A stretch of 64,000 nt of DNA from Synergistales bacterium. GTDB taxonomy: Bacteria; Synergistota; Synergistia; Synergistales; JAFGMB01. This document shows, piece after piece, positions 21,508 to 30,776 of the stretch (the stretch's first letter is position 1; every line of letters begins with the position of its first letter). The notes beneath the pieces are model-generated. The model had not been told where the DNA came from and made no database searches. It saw only the letters and a list, made by a program, of their open reading frames with translations. The DNA is taken from assembly GCA_963666205.1 (NCBI GenBank), contig OY762654.1, forward strand, positions 2,048,001 through 2,112,000. Direction: 5' to 3'. A program made the translations under genes and the position numbers.

Positions 21508-22154
21508 TTTCCGGATGCCTCTACGGCTGGACCTGATTCTGACATTAGATGTCCGGATCTCAGAATATGTTCCCTGAGCAGAAAGTCTGCACCCCGATTG
21601 AGGGTTTCTTCCTGATTATCCACTTTTGAGCTGAGAAATGTATAACACAGTATAACGGGGACAGCAACGGAAAGACCTGCAACAGTAGTGAAAAGGGCTT
21701 TCCAGATCCCGCCTGCAAGGGCTACCATTGGAGCTTCCGAGTCCCCCGTAAGATTTCTGAATATTTCTATCATGCCCAGAACTGTTCCAAGAAGACCCAG
21801 AAGGGGAGTTACCCTGGCGATCGTTCCAAGGAGATTGAGTCCCTTTTCCCATCGAAAGATCTCTCTTCGTACTTCCTGTTCCAGAAGCATCTTCATTGCC
21901 TCATGATCTACTTTCCAGTGGGTGATCCCTGCCCTGAATAGTCTGTGAAGGGAACTGGTTCCCCCATTAACTATATGAGTAGCCTGTTCGGCATTGTTGT
22001 TATAAATAGCCTCACATAGGCTGAGTTCTATTTTTTCCGGGTTTACCGTTGATTTTGTAAAGAAAAGAAGCCTCTCCAGAACTATGGTTGCAGCAAGTAC
22101 AGAGAGAAAGGCTATTATCCACATAATAGGACCGCCAGTATGCATTATCTCCAA
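21504..22154 (-). CDS. exbB: MotA/TolQ/ExbB proton channel protein
   Basis: PLLGLLGTVLGMI, GIWKALFTTVAGL motifs. Confidence 0.92.
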   Translation of the reverse strand: MEIMHTGGPIMWIIAFLSVLAATIVLERLLFFTKSTVNPEKIELSLCEAIYNNNAEQATHIVNGGTSSLHRLFRAGITHWKVDHEAMKMLLEQEVRREIFRWEKGLNLLGTIARVTPLLGLLGTVLGMIEIFRNLTGDSEAPMVALAGGIWKALFTTVAGLSVAVPVILCYTFLSSKVDNQEETLNRGADFLLREHILRSGHLMSESGPAVEASGK

Positions 22155-22253
22155 TTATCTCACCTCAAGGTCTGCCTTCTGTTCTTACAGAAGGGCTTTT
22201 CATAGTTTATTTGTAAAGCCCTTCTATATCAAGTCATTCATGAAAAGCCCCGG

Positions 22254-22283
22254 TTATCCTGTGTGACTTTATCCTGTGTGACT
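22254..22283. repeat. 15-bp tandem direct repeat (2 copies)
   Basis: TTATCCTGTGTGACT at 22254-22268 and 22269-22283, in the exbB/pilin divergent region. Confidence 0.85.
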
Positions 22284-22486
22284 GCCCGGTAATAATACAG
22301 AATAGAGCTGTTTCCCCTTTAAAATGGAACAAAAGTCCCGGTAAGGAAGGTCCATAAGACTCATGTCTTTTATTCCCTGGGGAATATCTCCTTTTCCTTC
22401 TAATGTTTAGAATTAAGGCAGGAGTAATATGGTTTATTGATTACAGACGGAATACCCTGATCTATCTTTTCTATGGAGGTTAGAGA

Positions 22487-23527
22487 ATGAAATTAGAGTA
22501 CGGAGCAGGAAAAAGAAAGGGATTTACCCTTGTTGAGATCCTTATAGTGGTAATAATCATAGGGATTCTTGCTGGAGCCCTGATGCTGGCTCTGGGTTCA
22601 TCCACTGATAAGGCGGAAGCAACAAAAATTGCCCAGGATATGAAAACCTTATCAAAGGCTGTCCTTTCATCCTTTGCAGATAATGGTGACTGGCCAACTG
22701 GTACATCTGAGCTTGAAAAATATCTTGACAGGTCTATCTGTGAACTTGGACGTGTATGTTACGGTCTCGAGAATTTAGAAGATGCCCTTTACGTAAAAGC
22801 CTCCCTGGGAGAGGAAATATCGGTAACGGTAAAGGACAGGCTTTCAGCAATGGCCCGTGGAACTGGTTTCACCCAATGGTCAGGAGAAACCATGGAGGTA
22901 TATCAGAATGGAGACAGCCTTTATTTACTGGTAAGGCGGTCTATCCTCTCAGGCGGCAATAATAATGCACTTTTTTCAGTAGATTTTCGCTCTCCTGAAG
23001 ACCTGGAGCTATTTACGAAGATATATGGATCTTCCTCCAGGTACTGGAACATAGAGGAAGGTCATCTCACTAGTGATCCTGGTAGTGGAGAGATGAGATA
23101 TAGTTTCGGGGATATTTCGTGGGAGGATTATATCCTCAATGTAACTGCTTCTTATGGTCAGTCAAGCTCTGCGGGGTATGGAATTTACTACAGGGCTGAT
23201 GGAGAGAAGAACATAACAGGATATATCTTTCAGTATGATCCAGGCCTTGGAAACGATTTTGTTATCAGAGAAGTTCTCAATGGCAGAGAAAGTTCTCCTA
23301 TCCAGAGGGTCGATATGAAAACTGTAATGGGAGAGGGTTTCCAGATCTTCGATACAACCCATGATATAAGGATTTCAGTTGAGGGTGACCATCATGTTGT
23401 CACTGTAGATGGAGTAGAGGTTTTCAACTTTGTGGACGATACATTTAACCAGGGTTCAGCTGGTCTGCGAACCTGGGGAACCGGTGGAGTTGCAACCTTT
23501 GATGAGATCAGCGTAGAAAACAAATAA
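22487..23527 (+). CDS. prepilin-type N-terminal protein with C-terminal concanavalin-like (DUF1080-like) domain
   Basis: KRKG|FTLVEILIVVIIIGILA class III signal; C-terminal beta-sandwich pattern (WEDY..., HDIRISVEGD...VDG...GSAGLRTW...FDEISV). Confidence 0.75.
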   Translation: MKLEYGAGKRKGFTLVEILIVVIIIGILAGALMLALGSSTDKAEATKIAQDMKTLSKAVLSSFADNGDWPTGTSELEKYLDRSICELGRVCYGLENLEDALYVKASLGEEISVTVKDRLSAMARGTGFTQWSGETMEVYQNGDSLYLLVRRSILSGGNNNALFSVDFRSPEDLELFTKIYGSSSRYWNIEEGHLTSDPGSGEMRYSFGDISWEDYILNVTASYGQSSSAGYGIYYRADGEKNITGYIFQYDPGLGNDFVIREVLNGRESSPIQRVDMKTVMGEGFQIFDTTHDIRISVEGDHHVVTVDGVEVFNFVDDTFNQGSAGLRTWGTGGVATFDEISVENK

Positions 23528-23558
23528 AACCTTCCCGGAAGATGTTGGTTGGAAGGGT

Positions 23559-24164
23559 CTAGAAAAGTTTATAACAGAGTGGAACCAGCATTGGCATAGC
23601 GACTGTGATAAGGACTCCAGAGACGAAGGCGGCTATTGCCATCTGTTTCCCGGTACTTTTGATGATAAATGGAAGTGCTGTATCCATTGCGGTTGCTCCT
23701 GCAATACCTATTGCACCGTTCTTTCCGAAGACAGCCACGAAAAGAGGCATGGCAGTCATTACCAGGAGTTCCCTGAGTAAATTTGAAATAAAGGCAATAG
23801 TTGCGGCCTCCGGGCCGGCAAGCTGTTTGAGCATGATTGTGGTAAGACTATAATAGCCGCTACCAACTGATGCGGCAGCAGAAACTCCAGTAGGCAGTCC
23901 CACTAGAATACCAGTAATTATTCCTCCAATAAGACTTCCAAGGACTGAAACTATTGGAATGATAAAGGCTTTGTGTCCCATGTTGCGAATATTGGCCCAT
24001 AGTTTCTGATCTTTTCCCATGTCCATTCCTATGACAAAACAGAGCAGGATCACAAATCCTTTTATCAGACTGTTTGTCGTATCCAGTAGCTCTCCAGGTA
24101 TTATACCGGAAATACCAATTATGACTCCTGTGATTAACAGTACGAATGGTGTAATAATGGACAT
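23559..24164 (-). CDS. LysO (DUF340) family exporter, C-terminal part
   Basis: GSGYYSL, SNLLRE, GATAMDTALP motifs. Confidence 0.88.
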   Translation of the reverse strand: MSIITPFVLLITGVIIGISGIIPGELLDTTNSLIKGFVILLCFVIGMDMGKDQKLWANIRNMGHKAFIIPIVSVLGSLIGGIITGILVGLPTGVSAAASVGSGYYSLTTIMLKQLAGPEAATIAFISNLLRELLVMTAMPLFVAVFGKNGAIGIAGATAMDTALPFIIKSTGKQMAIAAFVSGVLITVAMPMLVPLCYKLF

Positions 24165-24168
24165 ACTC

Positions 24169-24435
24169 TTATCCTTTCTTCAGGACAAGTAGACATAAAA
24201 TTCCGCTTCCTGCAATAGTACCCATGGAAAGTAAAACAGCTTTAAACCCGATAACACCGATATTAGAAAGAATTGCGCGGTATGTACCTACTTCCAGTCC
24301 TACAAAGAGAAGAAGTCCATATATGATAAACATCAGTATTCTGTCCAGGGATAAAGTTATGCTTACTGGAAGTTTCCCAGACCGTCCAAGAGCTATCCCT
24401 AACAGGAGAAACGCCATGAAAATAAGAATGTCCAA
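24169..24435 (-). CDS. LysO family exporter, small N-terminal subunit
   Basis: LLLFVGLEVG...IGVIGFKA motif; adjacent to the large subunit; GAGGT RBS. Confidence 0.82.
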   Translation of the reverse strand: MDILIFMAFLLLGIALGRSGKLPVSITLSLDRILMFIIYGLLLFVGLEVGTYRAILSNIGVIGFKAVLLSMGTIAGSGILCLLVLKKG

Positions 24436-24551
24436 AATAGATACCTCACTTTTTATGTTTTGCTGGAAATAGGAGTTTTCGCACTCTCAGGATAACCCAG
24501 TCTGCTTTTCTCCATGAGTTTTTGCATGAAAATGGTTTCCACAACGCCTTA

Positions 24552-24580
24552 ATCATAATGGCTTTGTCTTTTGTGGTAAA
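24552..24580 (-). promoter_or_regulatory. putative sigma70 promoter of the lysO pair
   Basis: TTTACC (24580-24575), 17-nt spacer, TATGAT (24557-24552). Confidence 0.45.
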
Positions 24581-24712
24581 GAAAGGTGGGTATACTGGCT
24601 TCTATCCATAAGAAGAAGTTTTAAAACCCAGGTATTCTTATTATGTAAAGCAGTAAAATCTCTCAAGACGGACAAGAAGGAGCTTTGGGGGGAGTTGAAG
24701 TCCACAAAAAAG

Positions 24713-24859
24713 CCTTTAAAGGTAGCCCGGCTGGCCTGACTGACGATTTACTAATTCCAAACAGGTCTCACTCTCGTAAAACCTCCTAGCCGTAAATCCG
24801 TTTTAGTCCCGTGGCTTTGCGTCGCCGCCTTTTGGCGGTTCTGCCCTTTACTTTAAAGG
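24713..24859 (-). ncRNA. c-di-GMP-I (GEMM) riboswitch with enlarged P3
   Basis: Minus strand AAAGGGCAGAACCGCC-AAAA-GGCGGCGACGCAAAGCCACGGGACTAA...CCAGCCGGGCTACC; P1 CCTTTAAAG/CTTTAAAGG; followed by T6. Confidence 0.85.
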
Positions 24860-24866
24860 TGAACTA

Positions 24867-24895
24867 ATTATACATATGCTATGGCAAATTGGCAA
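24867..24895 (-). promoter_or_regulatory. sigma70 promoter driving the c-di-GMP riboswitch
   Basis: TTGCCA (24895-24890), 17-nt spacer, TATAAT (24872-24867), ending 7 nt before P1. Confidence 0.65.
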
Positions 24896-25426
24896 ATTGG
24901 TAAATCGCGGATAAACCTTAAGAAAGGAAAATAATCCCTTTTTTTAGTAACTTGCTCCCCTGAAAATAATATTGCTGACATTTTAGTTGAAAAGGAAAGG
25001 TTTACGGATGCAGAAAATTCATTTTCATGCCAGGTATGTGATCCTTCTGCGTCTCATATATAATCTATGGAGACTTTTATCAGGTACTTTTCCTCCAGGA
25101 TTCTGGATATATTCCTGACTATATTCCTTCGAATCTCTATTTCTTCAGGAAGGGTCGGGTCCTGATGAGCTTTGTTGATCCTGCTGTCTGCCACAAAGTG
25201 GTAATGTTGTTTTAAGGTTACTCCTTCAATGTAAGAGGATGGATTATAGGAATATTTTGCAGGATCGCAATTTCAAGTCCCTATAAGGTTTTTATCCTGT
25301 TAGCATAGGGTAAAACCTATCAGAAGTATTGAAAATAATAATCACGAGCTATTGATAATTAACTATTGTTAACATTATAATGCATGAAGGGAAATTTGTT
25401 AGGAATAAATCTCTCCGGGGAGGAAG

Positions 25427-25780
25427 ATGCTCATGTCAGAACAGAAAAAAGAACTCCTTATTATCTGGACAAGTAAAGACATTGATGTAGCCATGAATAT
25501 GGTGTTTATGTATGCTAAAAATTCAAAACTCAAACAATGGTGGGATGAGGTTTCTCTTCTTATATGGGGACCTTCTGCTTTTGCTATGGCAAATGATACT
25601 GAACTTCAGGAATATCTGAAGGATTTGCAGGCAGTGGGAGTAAAGGTCCTGGCATGCCGAAAATGTGCTGAAAATTATGGAGTTGCTGAAAAACTGGAAA
25701 AGCTGGAAATAGATGTTTTTTATGCAGGCCAGTTCCTTTCAGAGTGGATACAGGAAGATAAAAAAGTTATTACCTTTTAG
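25427..25780 (+). CDS. DsrE-family protein
   Basis: MVFMYAKNSKLKQWWDEVSLLIWGPS, ACRKCA motifs; terminator hairpin at 25810-25846. Confidence 0.85.
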   Translation: MLMSEQKKELLIIWTSKDIDVAMNMVFMYAKNSKLKQWWDEVSLLIWGPSAFAMANDTELQEYLKDLQAVGVKVLACRKCAENYGVAEKLEKLEIDVFYAGQFLSEWIQEDKKVITF

Positions 25781-26423
25781 ACTGTCTGATGGTCCATGTC
25801 GTTGTTTATGAAAAGGTGGTTTCCGTAATTGAGGAACCACCTTTTCTATTTTCGATTTAAAACTTGCGAGGTTCTCTGACGATCGGATCGTGCCGGCTAT
25901 ATGCTGTTAAGTCCGGAATCTCGGGAAAAGTGATAGATCCTTTTATCTGGATGGTATCTTCTCCAGTTCCATATCAGGGCCAAAGTTCATGTGGCAAAAC
26001 ATGACCAGGATGGTGTCATGAAAAACAGGAGTTTTTTCCCTGTTATTCTCTGGTAAAATAAGTACCAGAATAACATTTCCTTTCTTTTGTAATAAGCCAT
26101 TTCCTTCACTCATTAACTATTAAAAATAACAGAAAAATATTACCATTTCTCTTCAGCTGTATCAGGGGCATTACATCCTCATAATTCTGAAAAAGTTGAA
26201 TTTAAAATGAAAAGAATATGTTTTAACGGTAAAAGGTTCTTTCATTAAATATTTTCGAAAAATACCATTATAAAGAACCGTCGATCGGGCTTCCTCATCA
26301 AGGCGAGATTCAAATTGTCCTTGACTCCCTGAAGAGTCAGTAAAACACATGCATCTGTATGGACTCGGTCAGGACCCGGGCATAAAAATCGCGTTCCTGC
26401 AGAACAGAGGCTGAAAGAGTTGG

Positions 26424-27140
26424 ATGGTGCAGAACATGAAGAGTTTTTCTGTCAAGTGGTGGGAAAATATGTGGAATTCAAAAGTGGATAATCCGTGCTG
26501 CAGGGAAATGAGGGTGAAAATCAAGGGGTGGTCTTTCTCCCGTTTATTGCGTTTGCAAAGGCGTACCTGGCAGGTTCATATTGAAGGTCAGGAGCGTCTG
26601 GATCGATTGTATGCTGAAAGGAAGCGATTTTTGTTTTGCTTCTGGCATGGGAAATACGTGCAGATATTTCCTCTGCTGGAAGGTTACGATGTATGTGTTA
26701 TAACCAACCGGTCAGAGCGGGGAAATGTTATCGCTGAAGTCAGCCGGAATCTGGGTTATCAGAGCACCCAGATTCCGGACCAGCCACGCCGTGGATCTCT
26801 TGAACTTATGAAAAAAGAATTGATCGCGGCTCAGGCGGGAGGAATAGCTGTCGATGGCCCGTTGGGTCCACGTCATCGTGTAAAAAGCGGCGTGATAAGG
26901 ATTGCTTCAGCGGCAGGATTTGATATTCTACCTATTTCGGTGGATAGTCGAAGGAAAATAGTATTTGAAAAACGATGGGACCGTATGGAGATCCCCCTGC
27001 TCTTCACAAAGGTCTGTCTGGTCATTGGTGAAACCATTAAAATACCGCCCGGACTTCGTTCTCCACAGCTTCAGGACCTGACAGAGGATCTTGCAGAAAC
27101 CATGTTAAAGCTGGACAAGAAGGCCGAGAACATGATCTGA
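26424..27140 (+). CDS. DUF374 / lysophospholipid acyltransferase-family protein
   Basis: FCFWHG, SERG, AVDGPLGP, WDRMEIPLLF motifs. Confidence 0.85.
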   Translation: MVQNMKSFSVKWWENMWNSKVDNPCCREMRVKIKGWSFSRLLRLQRRTWQVHIEGQERLDRLYAERKRFLFCFWHGKYVQIFPLLEGYDVCVITNRSERGNVIAEVSRNLGYQSTQIPDQPRRGSLELMKKELIAAQAGGIAVDGPLGPRHRVKSGVIRIASAAGFDILPISVDSRRKIVFEKRWDRMEIPLLFTKVCLVIGETIKIPPGLRSPQLQDLTEDLAETMLKLDKKAENMI

Positions 27141-27402
27141 AAGAGGGGGGACAAAAAAGGATACATTGGGGACTGTGGATCGATGATGAAACTTTTTTGA
27201 TAAACTTCCTGGAAAAGTCATGGTCTGGAACCTGCTATCCCTTGTGTTGTGTAATCTTTTTTGCTCCAGCGTTTTACTCGATTATTTTAACCATGGGGAA
27301 TAGGCCCGTTGCTTTTTGTCTGGATATTGTTGACGATAGATAGGGGGTGATAGGCATTGCCATTATCCAAAGGGAGATCTTCGCCGTAAAGATGGTCCGA
27401 GA

Positions 27403-29616
27403 ATGAACCGTAAAAAGAGACTGAAACTGCTCCTGACCTGTATTGTGCTGCTTATGGTTGTACTTGTCGGCTATAAGATATATTTATTTGTTTATGAAGC
27501 AGATTACGAGGCGCTCAATGCAGAAAATATCGATCAGATCGCATTGCGCCTCCAGGGTCAAGACTCATTCAGCTTTGCTGTTGTAGGCAATGTTGAGAAT
27601 TCCATGAAGATTTTCGAGAAACGCTTTGTTCCCCTGATCAAAGACAAAAATGCCGATTTTATGATATCTGTTGGAAACGCCGTCTCTGATGGTGATGAAA
27701 GCAAATATAGATTGCTTCACCGTGGATTTAAAAAACTGGGGATCCCATACATTCTGGCCATCGGCCAAAATGAGGTCAAAGATTCTGGCACGATTAAATT
27801 CTACCGTCATTTCGGGCCCCTTTTCTTTTCCTTCCATCTCGCTGATTCATATTTTATTTTCCTTGATTCAACCGGACAGACATCGTGGAAATGGCAGGAA
27901 AGATGGCTGAAAGATGAATTGGAGCTGGCCAGGAGGTATTCATATCGATTTGTGGTCTTAAACCAGTGTCTGTTAACATTACCTGGTTTTGACCCGGATG
28001 ATGCCGGATATATTGTGGATGAAAACCGCAGCATTTTTTTGCAGGGGTTATTTTCCCGGAACCGTGTGACGGCCGTTTTTTCAAGCGGTTACCCTGGTTA
28101 CCATGAAAAAATAGTACAGGGAGTGAGGTATATCGTATCGGGTGGTGGAGGCGGATTGCTTCTGGGGCAGACTAAAGAGCCTTACCAGTTTGTCAGGGTC
28201 ATAGTGGGGCAGGATCAGGTAACATATGAAAATATGGCTATCTCCCACCGGCTGGGTCCATTTCTCTATAAACTGGAAACGCTGAAGCTTTTTCTCCACT
28301 CATTTTTCTATATGAGTCTTTTTAACTTTCTGGTTACTCTGAGTATTATCAGTCTCTTTGCACTGAAGCTGTATTCACTGCTCATTCGCCAGGAGCATTT
28401 TTACCGTGACTTCAGTATTGATGAAAAGGTGCTCTCCAAAGAACCGCTGCGCGTGGCCATGTTTACGAATAATTATCTTCCCTTTACGGGAGGAGTACCT
28501 ATTTCCGTAGACCGTCTCTATAGAGGGCTTGTTGGCAACGGTACAAAGGTGAAACTCTTTGCCCCCCTCTATCCGCAACAGTGTTCTGCCACCGGGGATG
28601 ATGACAGGGTATTCCGATGTCCTGTCCTTTTTCATACCCGCATGGAAAATTTTCCGATTTCCAATATTTTTTCCCGAAAGATCGAAGCAGAGTTCAAAAC
28701 CTTTGACTGCGACCTGGTACATGTCCACCATCCTTTCTGGCTTGGTAAGAAAGGGATGCAGCTTGCCAGGAAACGAGGCATACCGGTGGTTTTTACCTAC
28801 CACACCAGGCTGGAACGCTATACCCATTACATTCCTCTGCCGGGTACTATTCTGAAAAACCTGATTGCCCATCTCCTGATCAAACACTTTGCCAACAGGT
28901 GCGATGCCATTATCACCCCCACAGCCTCTACAGAGGAATACCTGCGGAACCTCGGAGTCAGCGCCCTGATCGAAACAATTCCAACCGGTATAAACATGGA
29001 GGATTATAAACGATGGTCTCACCATCAGGTTCAGGCTCTGCGAAGTCGGTATGCCGCCCCGCGAGGTCGACTTCTGATAAGCGTTTCACGAATGGCACTG
29101 GAAAAAAATCTTGATTTTATGATCGATGGGCTGGTTAAAGTTAAAAACAGGACTCACTCAACTTTTAAATGCATCCTGATAGGGGATGGACCGGAGAAAG
29201 AGCGACTGGAGAAAAAAGTTGCCGATCTTGGTATGGATGACTGGATCGTCTTTACCGGATATATGGCTCCGCACGAAGTTGCCCTGTGTTACCTTGCTGC
29301 CGATCTTTTCGTTTTTGCCTCGACTTCCGAAACACAGGGAATGGTTCTGCTGGAAGCAATGGCCGGGGGATGTCCCGTTGTGGCGGTTCGTGCCAGCGGG
29401 GTCTACGATGTGGTGAAAGATGGATACAATGGCTTCAAGGTTGCCGAAAGCACTGATAACTGGGCAGAGGCAGTCGCAAATCTTTTAGAGGATGACAAAC
29501 AGCGGTCCATTATGTCTGAAAATAGCCAGATATTTGCCAGGGATTATTCCATGAAAAAAACCATAGCAAAGATTTCAAGACTTTATCGGAGGGTAGTGAT
29601 CCTCGGTCGATCATAA
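27403..29616 (+). CDS. fusion of a degenerate calcineurin-like metallophosphoesterase, a TM helix and a GT4 glycosyltransferase
   Basis: C-terminal GT4 motifs MFTNNYLPFTGGV, HVHHPF, TYHT, SRMALEKN, ETQGMVLLEAMAGG. N-terminal phosphoesterase-fold pattern (FAVVG, FIFLDS, QERWL, YIVSGGGGG). Confidence 0.85.
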   Translation: MNRKKRLKLLLTCIVLLMVVLVGYKIYLFVYEADYEALNAENIDQIALRLQGQDSFSFAVVGNVENSMKIFEKRFVPLIKDKNADFMISVGNAVSDGDESKYRLLHRGFKKLGIPYILAIGQNEVKDSGTIKFYRHFGPLFFSFHLADSYFIFLDSTGQTSWKWQERWLKDELELARRYSYRFVVLNQCLLTLPGFDPDDAGYIVDENRSIFLQGLFSRNRVTAVFSSGYPGYHEKIVQGVRYIVSGGGGGLLLGQTKEPYQFVRVIVGQDQVTYENMAISHRLGPFLYKLETLKLFLHSFFYMSLFNFLVTLSIISLFALKLYSLLIRQEHFYRDFSIDEKVLSKEPLRVAMFTNNYLPFTGGVPISVDRLYRGLVGNGTKVKLFAPLYPQQCSATGDDDRVFRCPVLFHTRMENFPISNIFSRKIEAEFKTFDCDLVHVHHPFWLGKKGMQLARKRGIPVVFTYHTRLERYTHYIPLPGTILKNLIAHLLIKHFANRCDAIITPTASTEEYLRNLGVSALIETIPTGINMEDYKRWSHHQVQALRSRYAAPRGRLLISVSRMALEKNLDFMIDGLVKVKNRTHSTFKCILIGDGPEKERLEKKVADLGMDDWIVFTGYMAPHEVALCYLAADLFVFASTSETQGMVLLEAMAGGCPVVAVRASGVYDVVKDGYNGFKVAESTDNWAEAVANLLEDDKQRSIMSENSQIFARDYSMKKTIAKISRLYRRVVILGRS

Positions 29617-29668
29617 AACCATTGATCACCGGTCCTGTTCTGGATCTCCGATACGGCTAAGGTCCTGT

Positions 29669-30418
29669 TTAACCGATAAGATCCCTCTCCATGTTTCCTT
29701 CCCACCCGAGTTCGGTTAGAACCTGTATAAAGATACTGTCCAGAGGTGCTCTTATGATTAGCCTTTCATTATTCCATGGATGGGTAAAAGAAATTTCCAC
29801 CGCTGCAAGCAGAAGCCTGTGGCAATCGAAATGTTCTCTGAAGAATCTGTTGTATTCTCCCTTGCCATATTTTACGTCACCTATTATGGGATGAGAGATG
29901 TGTTTCATGTGTCTTCTTATCTGTCTTCTTCTTCCAGTATGTGGAATGATCTCCACCAGGCTGTAACGGGAAGTGGGAAATCTGTTGACCTGGTATGGAA
30001 GTTCCACCTGGTCCAGCCTCCGGTATTCGGTTACCGCAGACTCCAGTTCAAGATCTTCTTTTTTCCTAGGGTTGACTATGCCATCATAGATCTCCCTGAG
30101 GGGGTGATCTATGATGGCACTTTCTTCTGTATATCCTCGAACAACAGCCAGATACTTTTTTATGATCTGCCCGGTTCTGAAAAACTCACTTATTATTGTT
30201 GCGCTGTCCTTGTCAAGTGCAAAGAGGAGGACCCCGCTTGTAGGCTTATCCAGGCGATGAAGGGGATATATGTAGCATCCCATCATATCTCTTACCATCT
30301 GCAGGGCGAACATTGTTTCATGAACATCCAGCCGGGTACGATGAACCAGTAGACCTGCCGGTTTGTTCACTGCCACTATATATTTGTCCTGGTACAGGAT
30401 CGGAAGAGTATCCTTCAT
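29669..30418 (-). CDS. truC: tRNA pseudouridine(65) synthase TruC-like
   Basis: NKPAGLLVHR, LHRLDKPTSG, HISHPIIGDVKYGKG motifs. Confidence 0.85.
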   Translation of the reverse strand: MKDTLPILYQDKYIVAVNKPAGLLVHRTRLDVHETMFALQMVRDMMGCYIYPLHRLDKPTSGVLLFALDKDSATIISEFFRTGQIIKKYLAVVRGYTEESAIIDHPLREIYDGIVNPRKKEDLELESAVTEYRRLDQVELPYQVNRFPTSRYSLVEIIPHTGRRRQIRRHMKHISHPIIGDVKYGKGEYNRFFREHFDCHRLLLAAVEISFTHPWNNERLIIRAPLDSIFIQVLTELGWEGNMERDLIG

Positions 30419-30682
30419 AATCTGTTTCTCCTTTGTTTTCCTGGACTAAATCATAACAGAGACCGCAAAAATTATCTGAAAGATCCGAAATGTGGATAGT
30501 GTCTTCTCTATTTATATCGGTGGACTGGTCACCTTCTCTTTATGATCGGATTATTCTGATTGAAGTTAGAAAATCCATTTGCATCATGGGGACTATTAAT
30601 TATTTTTCTTATCGTTGAAAGATTTTACAGTGTCTGGTGTTTTCCCTTTATTGACAAGTATCTGTGCTCTATTGATCCGGAT

Positions 30683-30715
30683 CTTAAGCTTTTCTTAAGG
30701 TTTGCCGGGTATCCT
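30683..30715 (+). promoter_or_regulatory. PmrA/BasR/QseB-type direct-repeat box with -10 element
   Basis: CTTAAG-N5-CTTAAG at 30683-30699; TATCCT at 30710-30715; upstream of the arnT-like operon. Confidence 0.65.
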
Positions 30716-30776
30716 TTCTTGTGGGAAGAGTATCAGAGTAAGTCTTTCTTTCATGTTTTGCGATCGAGAGGTTTTT

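Noticed and set aside
25054-25226. 53-codon minus-strand frame after an AAGGAG RBS
   Set aside because: Begins with TTA rather than a start codon and has no recognisable motif; possibly a decayed gene but unsupported.
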